Assembly (NCBI GenBank): GCA_030390025.1
Contig: CM059432.1
Coordinates: forward strand, 115,570,001-115,634,000
Source: Squalus acanthias
Taxonomy: Eukaryota
Length of the DNA: 64,000 bases
Direction of reading: 5' to 3'
Shown: one piece after another, positions 26,150 through 37,223 of the stretch
Numbering within the stretch: position 1 is the stretch's first letter
Layout: each line of letters begins with the position of its first letter
The notes under the pieces: generated by a model
The model's database searches: none
Told to the model about the DNA's origin: nothing
What the model saw: the letters and a program-made list of their open reading frames with translations, nothing else
Program-made: the position numbers and the translations under genes

Positions 26150-27155
26150 AGTCCCCAGTGCTTGGGCCTCAACTATTCACAATATATATCAATGATTTGG
26201 CTGAGGGAACCAAATGTAATATTTCCAAGTTTGTGGACGACACAAAACTAGGTGGGGTTGTGAGTTGTGAGGAGGATGCAAAGAGACTTCAAGGCGATTG
26301 AGACAAGTTGAGTGAGTGGGCAAATACGTGGCAGAAGCAGTATAACGTGGATAAATGTGAAGTTATCCACTTCGGTAGGAAAAACAGAAAGGTAGAGTAT
26401 TATTTAAATGGTGAGAGATTGGGAAATGCTGATGTACAAAGGGACCTGGGTGTCCTTGTACACTAGTCACTGAAAGCAAACATGCAGGTGCAGCAAGCAG
26501 TTAGGAAGGCAAATGGTATGTTGGCCTTCATTGCAAGAGGATTTGAGTACAGGAGCAACTGTCTTACTACAGTTGTACTTGGTGAGACCACACCTGGAGT
26601 AGTGTGCACAGTTTTGGTCTCTTTACCCAAGAAAGGATATACTTGCCACAGAGGGAGTGCAGCGAAGATTCACCAGGCTGATTCCTGGGATGGCAGGACT
26701 GTCGTATGAGGAGAGATTGGGTTGACTAGGCCTGTATTCACTAGAGTTTAGAAGAATGAGAGGGGATCTCATTGAAATGTATAAAATTCTGACAGGGCTA
26801 GACAGACTGGATGCAGGGAGGATGTTTCCCCTGGCTGGGGGGTCTAGAACGAGGGGTCACAGTCTCAGGATACGGGGTAGGACATTTAGGACTGAGATGA
26901 GGAGAAATTTCTTCACTCAGAGGGTGGTGAACCTGTGGAATTCTCTACCACAGAAGGCTGTGGAGGCCAAGTCACTGAATATATTTAAGTAGATAGATAG
27001 ATTTCTAGACACAAAAGGCATCAAGGGGTATGGGGAGAGAGCAGGAATATGGTACTGAGATAGAGGATCAGCCATAATCATACTGAATGGCGGAGCAGGC
27101 TCGAAGGGCCGAATGGCCTACTCCTGCTCCTATTTTTCTATGTTCTATGTTTCTA
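26150..27155 (+). mobile_element. CR1 LINE 3' fragment nested in an old L2 (about 25950-26150 and 27160-27890)
   Basis: VLGPQLFTIYINDL, KFVDDTKLGG, RRNFFTQRVVNLWNSLP, tail TTCTATGTTCTATGTTTCTAT. Flanks resemble decayed L2. Confidence 0.88.
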
Positions 27156-27924
27156 TTACACACTCCACTGCCTTGCCACTGACCCCCATCTACTCGGGCT
27201 GAAACCTGATGTTCTATTTGACCCACATCCAAAACCCCACATCCTATCCATTACAACACTGACTGCAGTTCAAAAATACTTCATTGGCAATAATGCACTT
27301 TGTGACAATCTGCAACAGTGCCTGCTTCTGCCCCCACCTTAGCCCTCCACCACTGAAACCTTTATCCATGCTTTCATCATCTAAAGAATACATTTCTCTA
27401 GCGCCCACCCTGCTGGCCTCCTTTCCTCAAAACGTTACAAAACTCAGTTGCACATTTCCTGTTCAACATCATCACACTTGTCCTGATACCCTACATTGCC
27501 TCCAAGTACCTCAACACTTTAAATTTAAAATGTTCTTCCTTGCCTTCAAATCCCTCCATTACCTTGCCCCAATCAATCTCTGCCACCTCCTCCAACCCTC
27601 TTGCACCTTTTCGTCCTGACTGTGGTCTCTTATGCACCTTCCCTCTTCCTTCACCCCACCATTGGTGGCAGAGCGTTCAGCCAACTCAGCCCCACTCTAA
27701 CTCCTTAAACGCCTCCGCCTCTCTTCACCTTGTCAAACCAGTCTTAACACCCGTCTTTTCAACCAAGCTTTTGGTCACCCGACCCCTTCCAGCATCCACT
27801 CCCTTAGTTATCCCGATTTTATTTACATGCACCCATCTCCCGCCTAAAGTGTGCTGAAACATTTTCTATATAAAAGAGAGATACAAGTTATTGCTATTTT
27901 TGAAGCGCAACAGAAACACTTTCA

Positions 27925-28488
27925 TAAGAACATAGGAACACAGGAACAGGAGTAGGCCACTCAGCCTCTCTCGTCTGATTCTGTCGTTCAATTAGATCAT
28001 GGCTGCTCCGTACCTCAACTCTATTTATCTGCTTTTATTCCATATCCCGCAAAACCCTTACCCAACAAAAATCTATTGATCTGTCTTGAAAATTTCAGTT
28101 GGCCCAGCATCCAAAGCCTTTTGGGGTGAGAAAGTTCCAGATTTCCACTACCCTTTGTGTGAAAAGTGCTTTCTGATTGTACTCCTAAATGGCCTAGCTC
28201 TAATTTTAAGATTATGCCCTCTTGTTCTGGATTCTCCCACCAAAGGAAATAATTTATCTCTATCTACCCTATCAAATCCCTTTATCATTTTAAACACCTA
28301 GAGCCTTCTAAACTCAAGGGAATACAAGTAAAATTTACGCAATCTGTCCTCATCATTTAACCCTTTAAGACCTGGTATCATTCTGCATTGTATCCCCCTC
28401 CAAGACTAATATATCCTTCCCGAGGTGCGTTGCTCAAAACGGAACACATTACTCTAGAAGGGATCTGAACAAAGCTCTGTACAACTGA
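27925..28488 (-). mobile_element. CR1 LINE 3' end
   Basis: CATAAGAACATAGGAACACAGGAACAGGAGTAGGCC (reverse tail) and adjoining reverse ORF2 end. Confidence 0.82.
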
Positions 28489-30265
28489 ACAACAACTTGC
28501 ATTTATATAGTGCCTTCTAACATAGTAAAACATCCCAAGGCGCTTCAAAGGACCATTATCAAACAAAATTTGACAACGAGCCACACAAGGAGATATTAGG
28601 GCAGATGACCTAAGACTTGGTCAAAGAGGTCCCCGGTTAAGCAACGCCTCGATTTCAAAATTCTCATCCTTGTTTTCAAATCCCTCCATGGTCTCGCCCC
28701 TCCCTATCTCTAATCTCCTCCAGCCCCACAAACTCCCCCCCCCCCGCCCCGAGATATCTGCGCGCTTCTAATTCTGGCCTATTGAGCATCCCCGATTTTT
28801 AATCGCTCTACCATTGGTGGCTGTGCCTTCAGCTGCCAAGGCCCTAAGCTCTGGAATTCCCTCCCTAAACCTCTCCGCCTCTCTATCCTCCTTTAAGATG
28901 CTCCTTAATATCTACCTCTTTGGCCAAGCTTTTGGTTGCCTGCCCTACTATCTTCTTATATGGCTCAGTATCAAATTTTTTGTCTTATAACACTCCGTGA
29001 AGCGCCTTGGGACATTTCACTACGTTAAAGGTGCTATATAAATACAAGTTGTTGTTGTTGTTGAGGTAGGTTTTAAGGAGCATTTTCAAGGAGGAGAGAG
29101 GGGTAGAGAGGTGGTGAGGTTTAGGGAGGGAATTCCAGAGTTCAGGGCCTAGGTAGCTGAAGGCACGGCCACCAATGGTGGAGCAATTAAAATAGGGGAT
29201 GCACAAGAGGCCAGAATTGGAGGAGTGCAGAGATCTCAGAGGGTTGTAGGGCTGGAGGAGGATACAGAGATAGGGAGAGGGTGAGGCCATGGAGGGATTT
29301 GAAAACAAGGATGAGAATTTTAAAACTGAGACGTCGTCGGACCGGGAGACACTGTAAGTCAGCGAGCACAGGAGTGATGGGTGAGCGGGACTTTGTGCGA
29401 GTTAGGATATGGGCAGCAGAGCTTTGGATGAGCACAAGTTTATGGAGGGTGAAAGATGGAAGGCCGGCCAGTAGTGTTGGAATAGTCAAGTCTAGAGGTA
29501 ACAAAGGCATGGATGAGGGTTTCAGCAGCAGATGAGCTGAGGCGGGGGCGGAGTCGGGCGATGTTATGGAGGTGGAAGTAGGTGGTCTTGGTAATGGCGC
29601 AGATATGTGGTCAGGAGCTCATCTCGGAGTCAAAGAGGACACCAAGGTTGCAAACGGTCTGGTGCAGCCTCAGACAGATGCCAGGGAGGGTGTAGAAGTT
29701 GGTAGCTAGGGAACAGTGTTTGTGTCAGGGACCGAAGACAATGGTTTCAGTCTTCCCAATATTTAGCTGGAGGAAATTTCTGCTCATCCAGTACTGGATG
29801 TCGGACAAAGTCTAACAATTTAGAGACCATGGAGGGGTTGAGCGAGGTGGTGGTAGTAAGGTGGAGCTGGGTGCCGTCAGCATACATGTGGAAACTGATG
29901 ATATGTTTTCGGATGATGTCACCGAGGGGCAGCATGTAGATGAGAAATAGGAGGGGGCCAAGGACAGATCCTTGGAGGACTCCAGAGGTAACGGTGCAGG
30001 AGCGAGAAGAGAAGCCATTGCAGGTGATTCCCTGGCTACGACTGGATAGATAAAAATGGTATCAGGCAAGGGCAGTCCCACCCAGCTAGATGACGGAGGA
30101 GAGGCGTTGGAGGAGAATGGTATGGTCAACTGTGTCAAAGACTGCACAGAGGTCGGGAAGGATGAGGAGGGATAGTTTACCACGGTCACAGTCACGTAGG
30201 ATGTCATTTGATAAGAACCGTTTCAGTACTGTGGCAGGGGTGGAAACCAGATTGGAGGGATTTAA
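28489..30265 (-). mobile_element. L2 cluster: minus tail (28489-28630), plus fragment (28631-28984), minus fragment (28985-30265)
   Basis: FHMYADGTQL, LQCLPVRRRLSFKILILVFKSLHGL and repeated L2 tails. Confidence 0.85.
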
Positions 30266-31325
30266 GCATCACTTCCTCACTTTTGTATTCCAACCACCTT
30301 GAGATAAAGGTCAACATTTCATTAGCCTTTTGATTAAAAGCTTGTGCACAGGTGCAAAAAGTAGTGAGCGTACATGGACACCTAAATCCCCGAGCTCTTC
30401 CACAGCTCCTTGTCTCTCACCATTAATCGTTATCTCAAGGGGGCTAGAATACAACGGGGAGGAAGTTATGCTTCAGTTGTATACAGCCTTGTTTAGACCC
30501 AATCTAGAGTTCAATTCTGGGTGCCGGAAGGATATGTTGGCTTGGGTACTGCTCAGATTTATCAGAATGATACCACGGATAAAGGTTTAAATTATAAGGA
30601 CAGGTTGCAGAAACTTGATTTATATTCCCGAGCAAGGTAGAGTGAGGGGTGATCTAGGCGATGTGTTTAAAATGATTCGATAAGTTATATACACAGAAAC
30701 TATTTCCCCTGCTGGGAGAATATAGACCAAGGAGGCATAATCTTAAAATTATTAAAATCTTAAAGTGGCCAGTCCATTTAGTAGTTAAACGAGGAAGCAC
30801 TTCTTCACAGAAAGGGTTGTAGAAATCTGGAACACTCTCCCCACATGGCTGTAGATGCTGGATTCATTGAAATTTTCAAGATCAATAGATTTTTGTTAGG
30901 TAAGTGCATCAAGGGATATGGAGCAAAAGTGGATAAATGGTGGAACAGGCTTGCACAGCTGAGTGCCCTACTCCTGTTCCTATTAAGAAAATATTCAGAT
31001 TCGTCTTTCTTGGATCCAAAGTGGATGCCCTCACACCTCCCCAAATTGAACACCATCAGCCATAGTTTTTTCCACCTATGTCCCTTTGTAACCTCCTACT
31101 CCCATCTACACAACTGCTACTGCTAACCTCGTGCCATCTGTAAACTTGGATATGTAACTCTATTCCTTTATCCGAGTCATTAATATATGTGGTGGAAAGC
31201 AGAGGCCCAGAACCAATCCCTGGGGGAACACCACTTGTCGCATCCCACCAATCAGCAAATGAACCCTTTATCCCTGCTCAGTAACAGGGTTATCTCCAAT
31301 TCCATATACTCTCATTTTTGCCAAT
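30266..31325. mobile_element. Decayed CR1 fragments in both orientations
   Basis: GLEYNGEEVMLQLYTALFRPNLE (+), FNLGRCEGIHFG (-), CR1 3' end. Confidence 0.7.
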
Positions 31326-31744
31326 AATAAAAGAAAACATATGCCATCATATAGCACCTTTCACAATCTCAGGATGTCCCAAAGTACTTTACAGCCAAAG
31401 ATATACTGTTGTTCTGCAGGAAACACGGCAGCCAATTTTTACGCACAGCAAAGTCCTGCAAACAGCAATGAGGTAAATGACCAGATCATCTACTGTAGTA
31501 GCGCTGTTGGTTTGTGGCATAAATCTTGGCCAGGACAACAGCAAGAACCCACCTCCCCTCTCCCCCACCAGGTCTGAAATTGTTGAACTCAATGTGGACT
31601 CCGTTGGCACTTATCTAACTGCCATGCTCGTGACCTCAACAAATTCAATTAGATTGGTCACACGTGAGCTACCCTTCACAAATCCACGCCGACTCGCTGA
31701 TCAACTCATCTTGCCCAAATCACTCTGGCTCTGATGTTCAGATT

Positions 31745-31870
31745 CCAACAACTTCCCCACAGTTTTTCCAGTTCTGACGAAAGATCTTCGACCTGAAACG
31801 TTAACTCTGTTTCTCTCCACGGATGCTGCCTGGCCTGCTGAGTTTTTCCAGCGTTTTCTGTTGTTATTTC
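31745..31870 (+). mobile_element. Solo Penelope terminal-repeat fragment with hammerhead motif (31770-31806)
   Basis: CCAGTTCTGACGAAAGATCTTCGACCTGAAACGTTAACTCTGTTTCTCTCCACGGATGCTGCC matches 63223-63330. Confidence 0.82.
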
Positions 31871-32123
31871 CCCACAGTTGAGGTTTCCTCTAGGTAGCTG
31901 GGGCAATCTTTTTGATGGGGGTGGGTCAACAGGTGCAGAAGGTCTCCATTCCGCCTTTGCCGGAGTAAGTTTGAATCCGGCCGTGGCATGGTTTTGAAGG
32001 TATCCACCCACTCGCCCCATCCCATGGCATTGCAATGTGAGTGGAGATGTCCCTAGTCCCAGCACCCACCCGCCGCACGTGACCGGGCCCGGGCTGTTAG
32101 AGCGCGGCCTCCCTCACACTCAC

Positions 32124-32193
32124 CTCTCTCAATGTCCTTGCTCGTCTCTCTAACGTAATCATCCGGATTCCGGCACAGGATTTTAACTTTCAT
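32124..32193 (-). CDS. DCAF13: DCAF13 (WDSOF1/Sof1 homolog) coding exon 1
   Basis: Reverse strand reads ATG...MKVKILCRNPDDYVRETSKDIER+G, then a GTGAGT donor. It matches the recalled DCAF13 N-terminus MKVKMLSRNPDNYVRETK. 70 nt, phase 1. Confidence 0.96.
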
Positions 32194-32675
32194 TTTTTAA
32201 TCAATCCAACCGACATTCAAATCTCACCCGCCGCCGTTTAAATCCCGCCGGCCCAGACTCGCGCGCGACACTGAGGAGGAACTGCTCGAGGGTCACGTGG
32301 GTAAGCGGGGACGGCGCAACAGTTGACGTACAGAGAGCTCGGCACTGTCGGGGGGGGGGGTGCTGCGTTGCGTGCGTTCAGATCCGGCTTGCGCCGGCGT
32401 GTGATGACGTACTGCCTCTTGCGCGCGACACAGATAGACGGGGCAGGCGCGACCGGCGACGTTGACTTGGCACTGTGTGAGGCTGCGTGTGTTGCATGAG
32501 TGCACGCAAGGCTTGCGAGGGCGTGCGTGATAACGTAATGACGTAGTGTGCCGAGCTCGAGCGTGGCGGTTGCATCCGACGTAGCGGTCCCGGTTTTTCT
32601 GGGGTGATTTTTGTCGTCATTGTCACCGTGTCCGCCCCGTCCAAACAACAAAACAGCGCGGTGCCCGCTGAGAGG

Positions 32676-32844
32676 ATGTCGTCGGGAGCTGGGCAGGCCC
32701 CCGAGCCCGAGCTGAAGGGTCCGGCGGCGGTGATCAGGCTTTTCCAGTTGGTGAAGTACGAGAACTTGGCGGCGGGAGTGAGCGGCGGCGTGGTGTCCAC
32801 CCTGGTGCTGCACCCGCTCGACCTAGTCAAGATCCGGTTCGCAG
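32676..32844 (+). CDS. SLC25A32: SLC25A32 mitochondrial folate/FAD carrier, coding exon 1
   Basis: [56 protein letters not shown]+G, then a GTAAAA donor. Carries the mitochondrial carrier signature PxDxxKxR. Confidence 0.95.
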
Positions 32845-32930
32845 GTAAAAAAAAAACACACACACCGCCCATTACCCGTGCACTCCCTCAGCCGGAGCGA
32901 TACTGAGAGCGGCCTGGTCAACAGTGAAAG

Positions 32931-33688
32931 CACGTGTTCCCGAGAGGGGGCTGGGCGTGTGAATCACGTGTTCCCGAGAGGGGGCTGGGCGTGTGAATCA
33001 CGTGTTCCCGAGAGGGGGCTGGGCGTGTGAATCACGTGTTCCCGAGAGGGGGCTGGGCGTGTGAATCACGTGTCCCCGAGAGGGGGCTGGGCGTGTGAAT
33101 CACGTGTCCCCGAGAGGGGGCTGGGCGTGTGAATCACGTGTCCCCGAGAGGGGGCTGGGCGTGTGAATCACGTGTCCCCGAGAGGGGGCTGGGCGTGTGA
33201 ATCACGTGTCCCCGAGAGGGGGCTGGGCGTGTGAATCACGTGTCCCCGAGAGGGGGCTGGGCGTGTGAATCACGTGTCCCCGAGAGGGGGCTGGGCGTGT
33301 GAATCACGTGTCCCCGAGAGGGGGCTGGGCGTGTGAATCACGTGTCCCCGAGAGGGGGCTGGGCGTGTGAATCACGTGTCCCCGGGGCGGGGGCTGGGCG
33401 TGTGAATCACGTGTCCCCGGGGCGGGGGCTGGGCGTGTGAATCACGTGTCCCCGGGGCGGGGGCTGGGCGTGTGAATCACGTGTCCCCGGGGCGGGGGCT
33501 GGGCGTGTGAATCACGTGTCCCCGGGGCGGGGGCTGGGCGTGTGAATCACGTGTCCCCGGGGCGGGGGCTGGGCGTGTGAATCACGTGTCCCCGGGGCGG
33601 GGGCTGGGCGTGTGAATCACGTGTCCCCGGGGCGGGGGCTGGGCGTGTGAATCACGTGTCCCCGGGGCGGGAGTGTGAATCACGTGTC
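32931..33688 (+). repeat. Minisatellite of 34-35 bp units, about 22.5 copies, in SLC25A32 intron 1
   Basis: Unit CACGTGT(T/C)CCCGAGAGGGGGCTGGGCGTGTGAAT (34 bp; 4 then 9 copies), then CACGTGTCCCCGGGGCGGGGGCTGGGCGTGTGAAT (35 bp; 8 full copies plus 1 truncated), then a final CACGTG. Confidence 0.98.
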
Positions 33689-33819
33689 AGCACGGCGGGT
33701 GCTGACATTTACTACTGTAGAAATGTTGAATAGGTTTACAATGGAGTTACTCAAAATGTATAAATTATAATCTTAAGTAGTTATTTGAACATTGAAATTT
33801 GATTGTATTTTTTGTGCAG

Positions 33820-33970
33820 TGAGTGATGGATTGAAGATGAGGCCAAAATACAGTGGAATTATGCATTGTATCAGTAGCATCTGGAAACACGACGGAATTC
33901 GGGGACTTTACCAAGGAGTAACCCCCAATGTCTGGGGCGCGGGATTGTCTTGGGGATTATACTTCTTCTT
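33820..33970 (+). CDS. SLC25A32: SLC25A32 coding exon 2
   Basis: TGCAG acceptor, (V)[55 protein letters not shown] donor. 151 nt. Confidence 0.97.
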
Positions 33971-33977
33971 GTAAGTA

Positions 33978-34577
33978 TACAAGGCTCAGCTCATCCACTG
34001 CTGAAACCCTCCTCCATGCCTTTGTTACCTCTAGACTTGAGTATTCCAACGCACTCCTGGCTGGCCTCTCACATTCTACCCTACGTAAGCTTGAGGTCAT
34101 CCAAAACTCGGTTGCCTGTGTCCTGACTTGCCCCAAGTCTCGTTCACCCATCACCCCTGTGCTTGCTGACCTACATTGGCTCCCGGTTAAGCAACGCCTC
34201 GATTTCAAAATTCTCATCCTTGTTTTCAGATTCCTCCATGGCCTAGCCCCTCCCTATCTCTGTAATCTCCTTCAGCCCCACAACCCCCCCGAGATATCTG
34301 CGCTCCTCTAATTCTGCCCTCTTGAGCATCCCTGATTATAAACGCTCAACCATTGGTGGCCGTGCCTTCTGTTGCCTAGGCCCTAAGCTCTGGAATTATC
34401 TGCCTAAACCTCTCCGCCTCTCTACCTCTCTTTCCTCCTTTAAGACGCTTCTTACAACCTACCTCTTTGACCAAGCTTTTGGTCACCTACCCTGATTTCT
34501 CCTTATGTAGCTCGGTGTCAAGCGCCTTGGGACGTTTTACTACGTTAAAGGCGCTATATAAATACAAGTTGTTGTTT
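33978..34577 (+). mobile_element. L2 3' fragment immediately after the SLC25A32 exon 2 donor
   Basis: HAFVTSRLEYSNALLAGL, LHWLPVKQRLDFKILILVF, tail GCGCTATATAAATACAAGTTGTTG. Possible TSD TAAGTA. Confidence 0.9.
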
Positions 34578-34970
34578 TAAGTACTAGAAATATTACTGCA
34601 GGATCTGTCAGCTCGCATTCTCTGCTTCAGGGTTAATGATTACATGTGTGGGTTACAATTGTGAAATTGCTTTAAAAGTCGCTATTTGACGAGTAAGTGT
34701 CTTCACTTTGAGAGGAGAGTTGGGAACCCTTAATTTTTCTCCCAGGCCAGGACCCAATCAAACTATGGACAAAAAGATGGATGACCTATTCACATGTTCC
34801 CCCCTGCGCTCCTGCCAACTAACTGCTAGGATAGCAAGAGGGAGCCCCAAGGTGATCATTCCTGCAGTTTCCCTTCCCCATGAAGAAATGCCTGGCTTAC
34901 ACTCTGTACCTCTCTACTATGATGCAGCTGGGATCAAGAACTAGTACCGTGCAGATCTGAACCACTTGTC

Positions 34971-35137
34971 CAAAAGCAAAATACTGCGGATGCTGGAAAT
35001 CTGAACTAAAAACAGAAAATGCTGGAAAAACTCAGCAGGTCAGGCAGCATCTGTGGCGAGAGAAACAGAGTTAACGTTTCAGGTCTATGACCTTTCGCCA
35101 GTTCTGACGAAAGATCATCGACCTCAAACGTTAACTC
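34971..35137 (-). mobile_element. Penelope terminal repeat with an inverted partial copy (two mutated hammerhead motifs back to back)
   Basis: 34971-35100 is the reverse complement of the 63230-63360 tail. It is followed at once by a forward CTGACGA...CAAACGTTAACTC. Confidence 0.82.
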
Positions 35138-35780
35138 AAATATAACACTTTTGTCTGTTATTTTTGAAATGTAGAAAGATGTCCAGACAATTTGCATGCA
35201 GCAAGCTCCTATAAACAGCAAATGAGATAAATCACCAATGAATCTGGTTGATGGTGTTAGTTAGCCACTTAAAATTTGTGGGGGGAAAATTCGGTTGCTT
35301 AGTGCCTCCTGTTTGCACCCTAAGAGGGCGCCAATAGGGCGCAAAGCAACTAGCGCCCGGGCGCGGCGATGTTTGTGCCGCTCGTGAAATTGGCCAGCGT
35401 TTTTGCGGCGGCGCTAAACAATATCGCCACGATCTCCTGCACCCACAGATCGTGACGTCAGTCGAGCGTGCAACGCCCCGGTAGTGCCCCGGACCAGATA
35501 TTGAGTGGCGCTCCTTTCCGCCTGCCACAAGCAACGACAGGTAGAGGGGAACGTTTTGCAGTCGGGAAGGGGCTGGGAGAGCGCTATTTAAAGGCTGCCT
35601 CTTCCTGCCTTTTTTTGTCGGAGACATTTTTGCACCATGCATTCTGAGAGAGAGAGAGATTCTGAGAGAGAGAGAGACTTCTGGAGAGATTCAACGCTGT
35701 GTGAAGGAGGTTTGGGTACTGAGCAGCACTTTGCAGGTTCTTTTTGATTTGACCTTCCTTGCATCGATTTAGAAGAGACT

Positions 35781-36920
35781 ATGGGGGCTGCACTGATTCG
35801 GGGCGTCGTCCTACACCTGCAGAATCGGAGGCATCAGAGACGCAGAGAGAGAGTGGCAAACATGGCCAGACGGAGGAGGGCCAACAGGCCTCTGCACAGG
35901 AGGCCTTACCCTCCCAGGGTATTCCGGGAACAATTCTCCTGCATTCATTTGTCTGAGGAGCAGTGTTTGCGCAGGCTGTGCTTCAGCAAGGAGGTGGTCA
36001 CTGAGCTCTGCCACCTGCTGCAGCCAGATCTGCAGCCTCAACTGAGGACCAGGACGTCTCTGTCGGTGGCAGTGAAGATGACAGTGGCTCTGAATTTTTA
36101 TGCCACCGGCTCCTTTCAAGCAGCTACTGGGGACATTGCCAATATCTCCCAGTTCGCTGTCCATTGCTGAATCTGGGAGGTGACAAATGCCCTCTATAAA
36201 AGGAGACACCAGTACATCTCTTTCCCCATGACCCGGGCCAAACAGCATGAACGCGCATGTGGCTTTGCTAGGATAGCGGGCTTCCCCATGGTGCAGGGCG
36301 CCATTGACTGCACACATGTGGAATTGTGGGCACCGCATGAAAATGCAGAGGTTTCTGAAACCGCAAGGGGTTCCACTCCTTAAATGTCCAGTTGGTCTGT
36401 GACCACAGACAGCTGATACTCGTCGTCAATGCCCACTATCCTGGCAGCAGCCACGATGCTTTCATCCTGCGCCAGACTGGTGTGCCAGACCTTTTCCAGG
36501 CACCGCATCAGCCAAGTGGTTGGCTCCTCGGGGACAAGGGTTATCCACTCTGCACCTGGCTGATGACACCGCTCCGTAATCCCAACACCCCTACCGAACT
36601 GCGGTATAATGAGAGCCATATCCCCACCAGGAACATAATTGAGCAGACGATCGGCGTGCTCAAGCAACAGTTCCGCTGTCTGGACCACTCAGGAGGAGCC
36701 CTGCAGTACTCTCCTGAGCGAGTCTCTCTCTTCATAGTTGTGTGCTACATGCTTCACAACCTGGCAATCCTGAGGACCCAGCCAATGCCACCAGGGATTG
36801 GTGCACCACTGGAGGAGGAGGAGGATGATCAGCAACAGCACCAAGGTGGGAGGGAGGCCCACAATGTTGCCACTGCAAGGGCCGTCCGTCCGTCAACAGC
36901 TGATAACAAGCCGCTTCTAG
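35781..36920 (+). pseudogene. Harbinger (HARBI1-like) DDE transposase, disrupted
   Basis: Motifs [71 protein letters not shown] and C-terminal RQQLITSRF*. In-frame TGA at 36168, frameshift near 36355, and a 4-bp CCGT duplication near 36885. Confidence 0.93.
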
Positions 36921-37223
36921 GCCCCTACTCAGAAGATGGCTTCTGGCATGGAGAACAACATCATGGAAAGCAACCCCCTATAGCCGGCCAAAGCTGCAAT
37001 GATTCCAAAGGCCAAACATGTACATTTTGAATACAACAACTTTTTTATTTAACAAACTCTGTGTGTGTCATTTATTCAGGACAAACAAATAGAAACAAAC
37101 ACAACAAATCATGAATTTACAGAACTGGTTCTCACAAGCTGGAGATAATGTCCAAAACACTAAACAAATGTTATCAGACGAACCTCGACCTTTAGTACAA
37201 ACATTCCCACCATTTATTTAGAC

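Larger units (their letters stand above)
32060..32930. promoter_or_regulatory. CpG island / bidirectional promoter of DCAF13 and SLC25A32
   Basis: Dense CpG between divergent ATGs at 32193 and 32676. GTCACGTG E-boxes at 32292-32299 and 32076-32083 (reverse). Three TGACGTA CRE-like sites at 32324, 32405 and 32539. Confidence 0.88.

Noticed and set aside
32604..32675. N-terminal extension of SLC25A32 from the ORF track
   Set aside because: It starts at GTG. The first ATG at 32676 gives a normal-length carrier N-terminus.
32238..32872. Long minus-strand ORFs (191 aa, 164 aa) over the promoter
   Set aside because: They are antisense to SLC25A32 exon 1 in GC-rich, stop-poor sequence and show no recognisable domain.
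32931..33688. Possible CRISPR array
   Set aside because: The units are contiguous with no unique spacers, there are no cas genes, and the context is a eukaryotic intron. It is a minisatellite.
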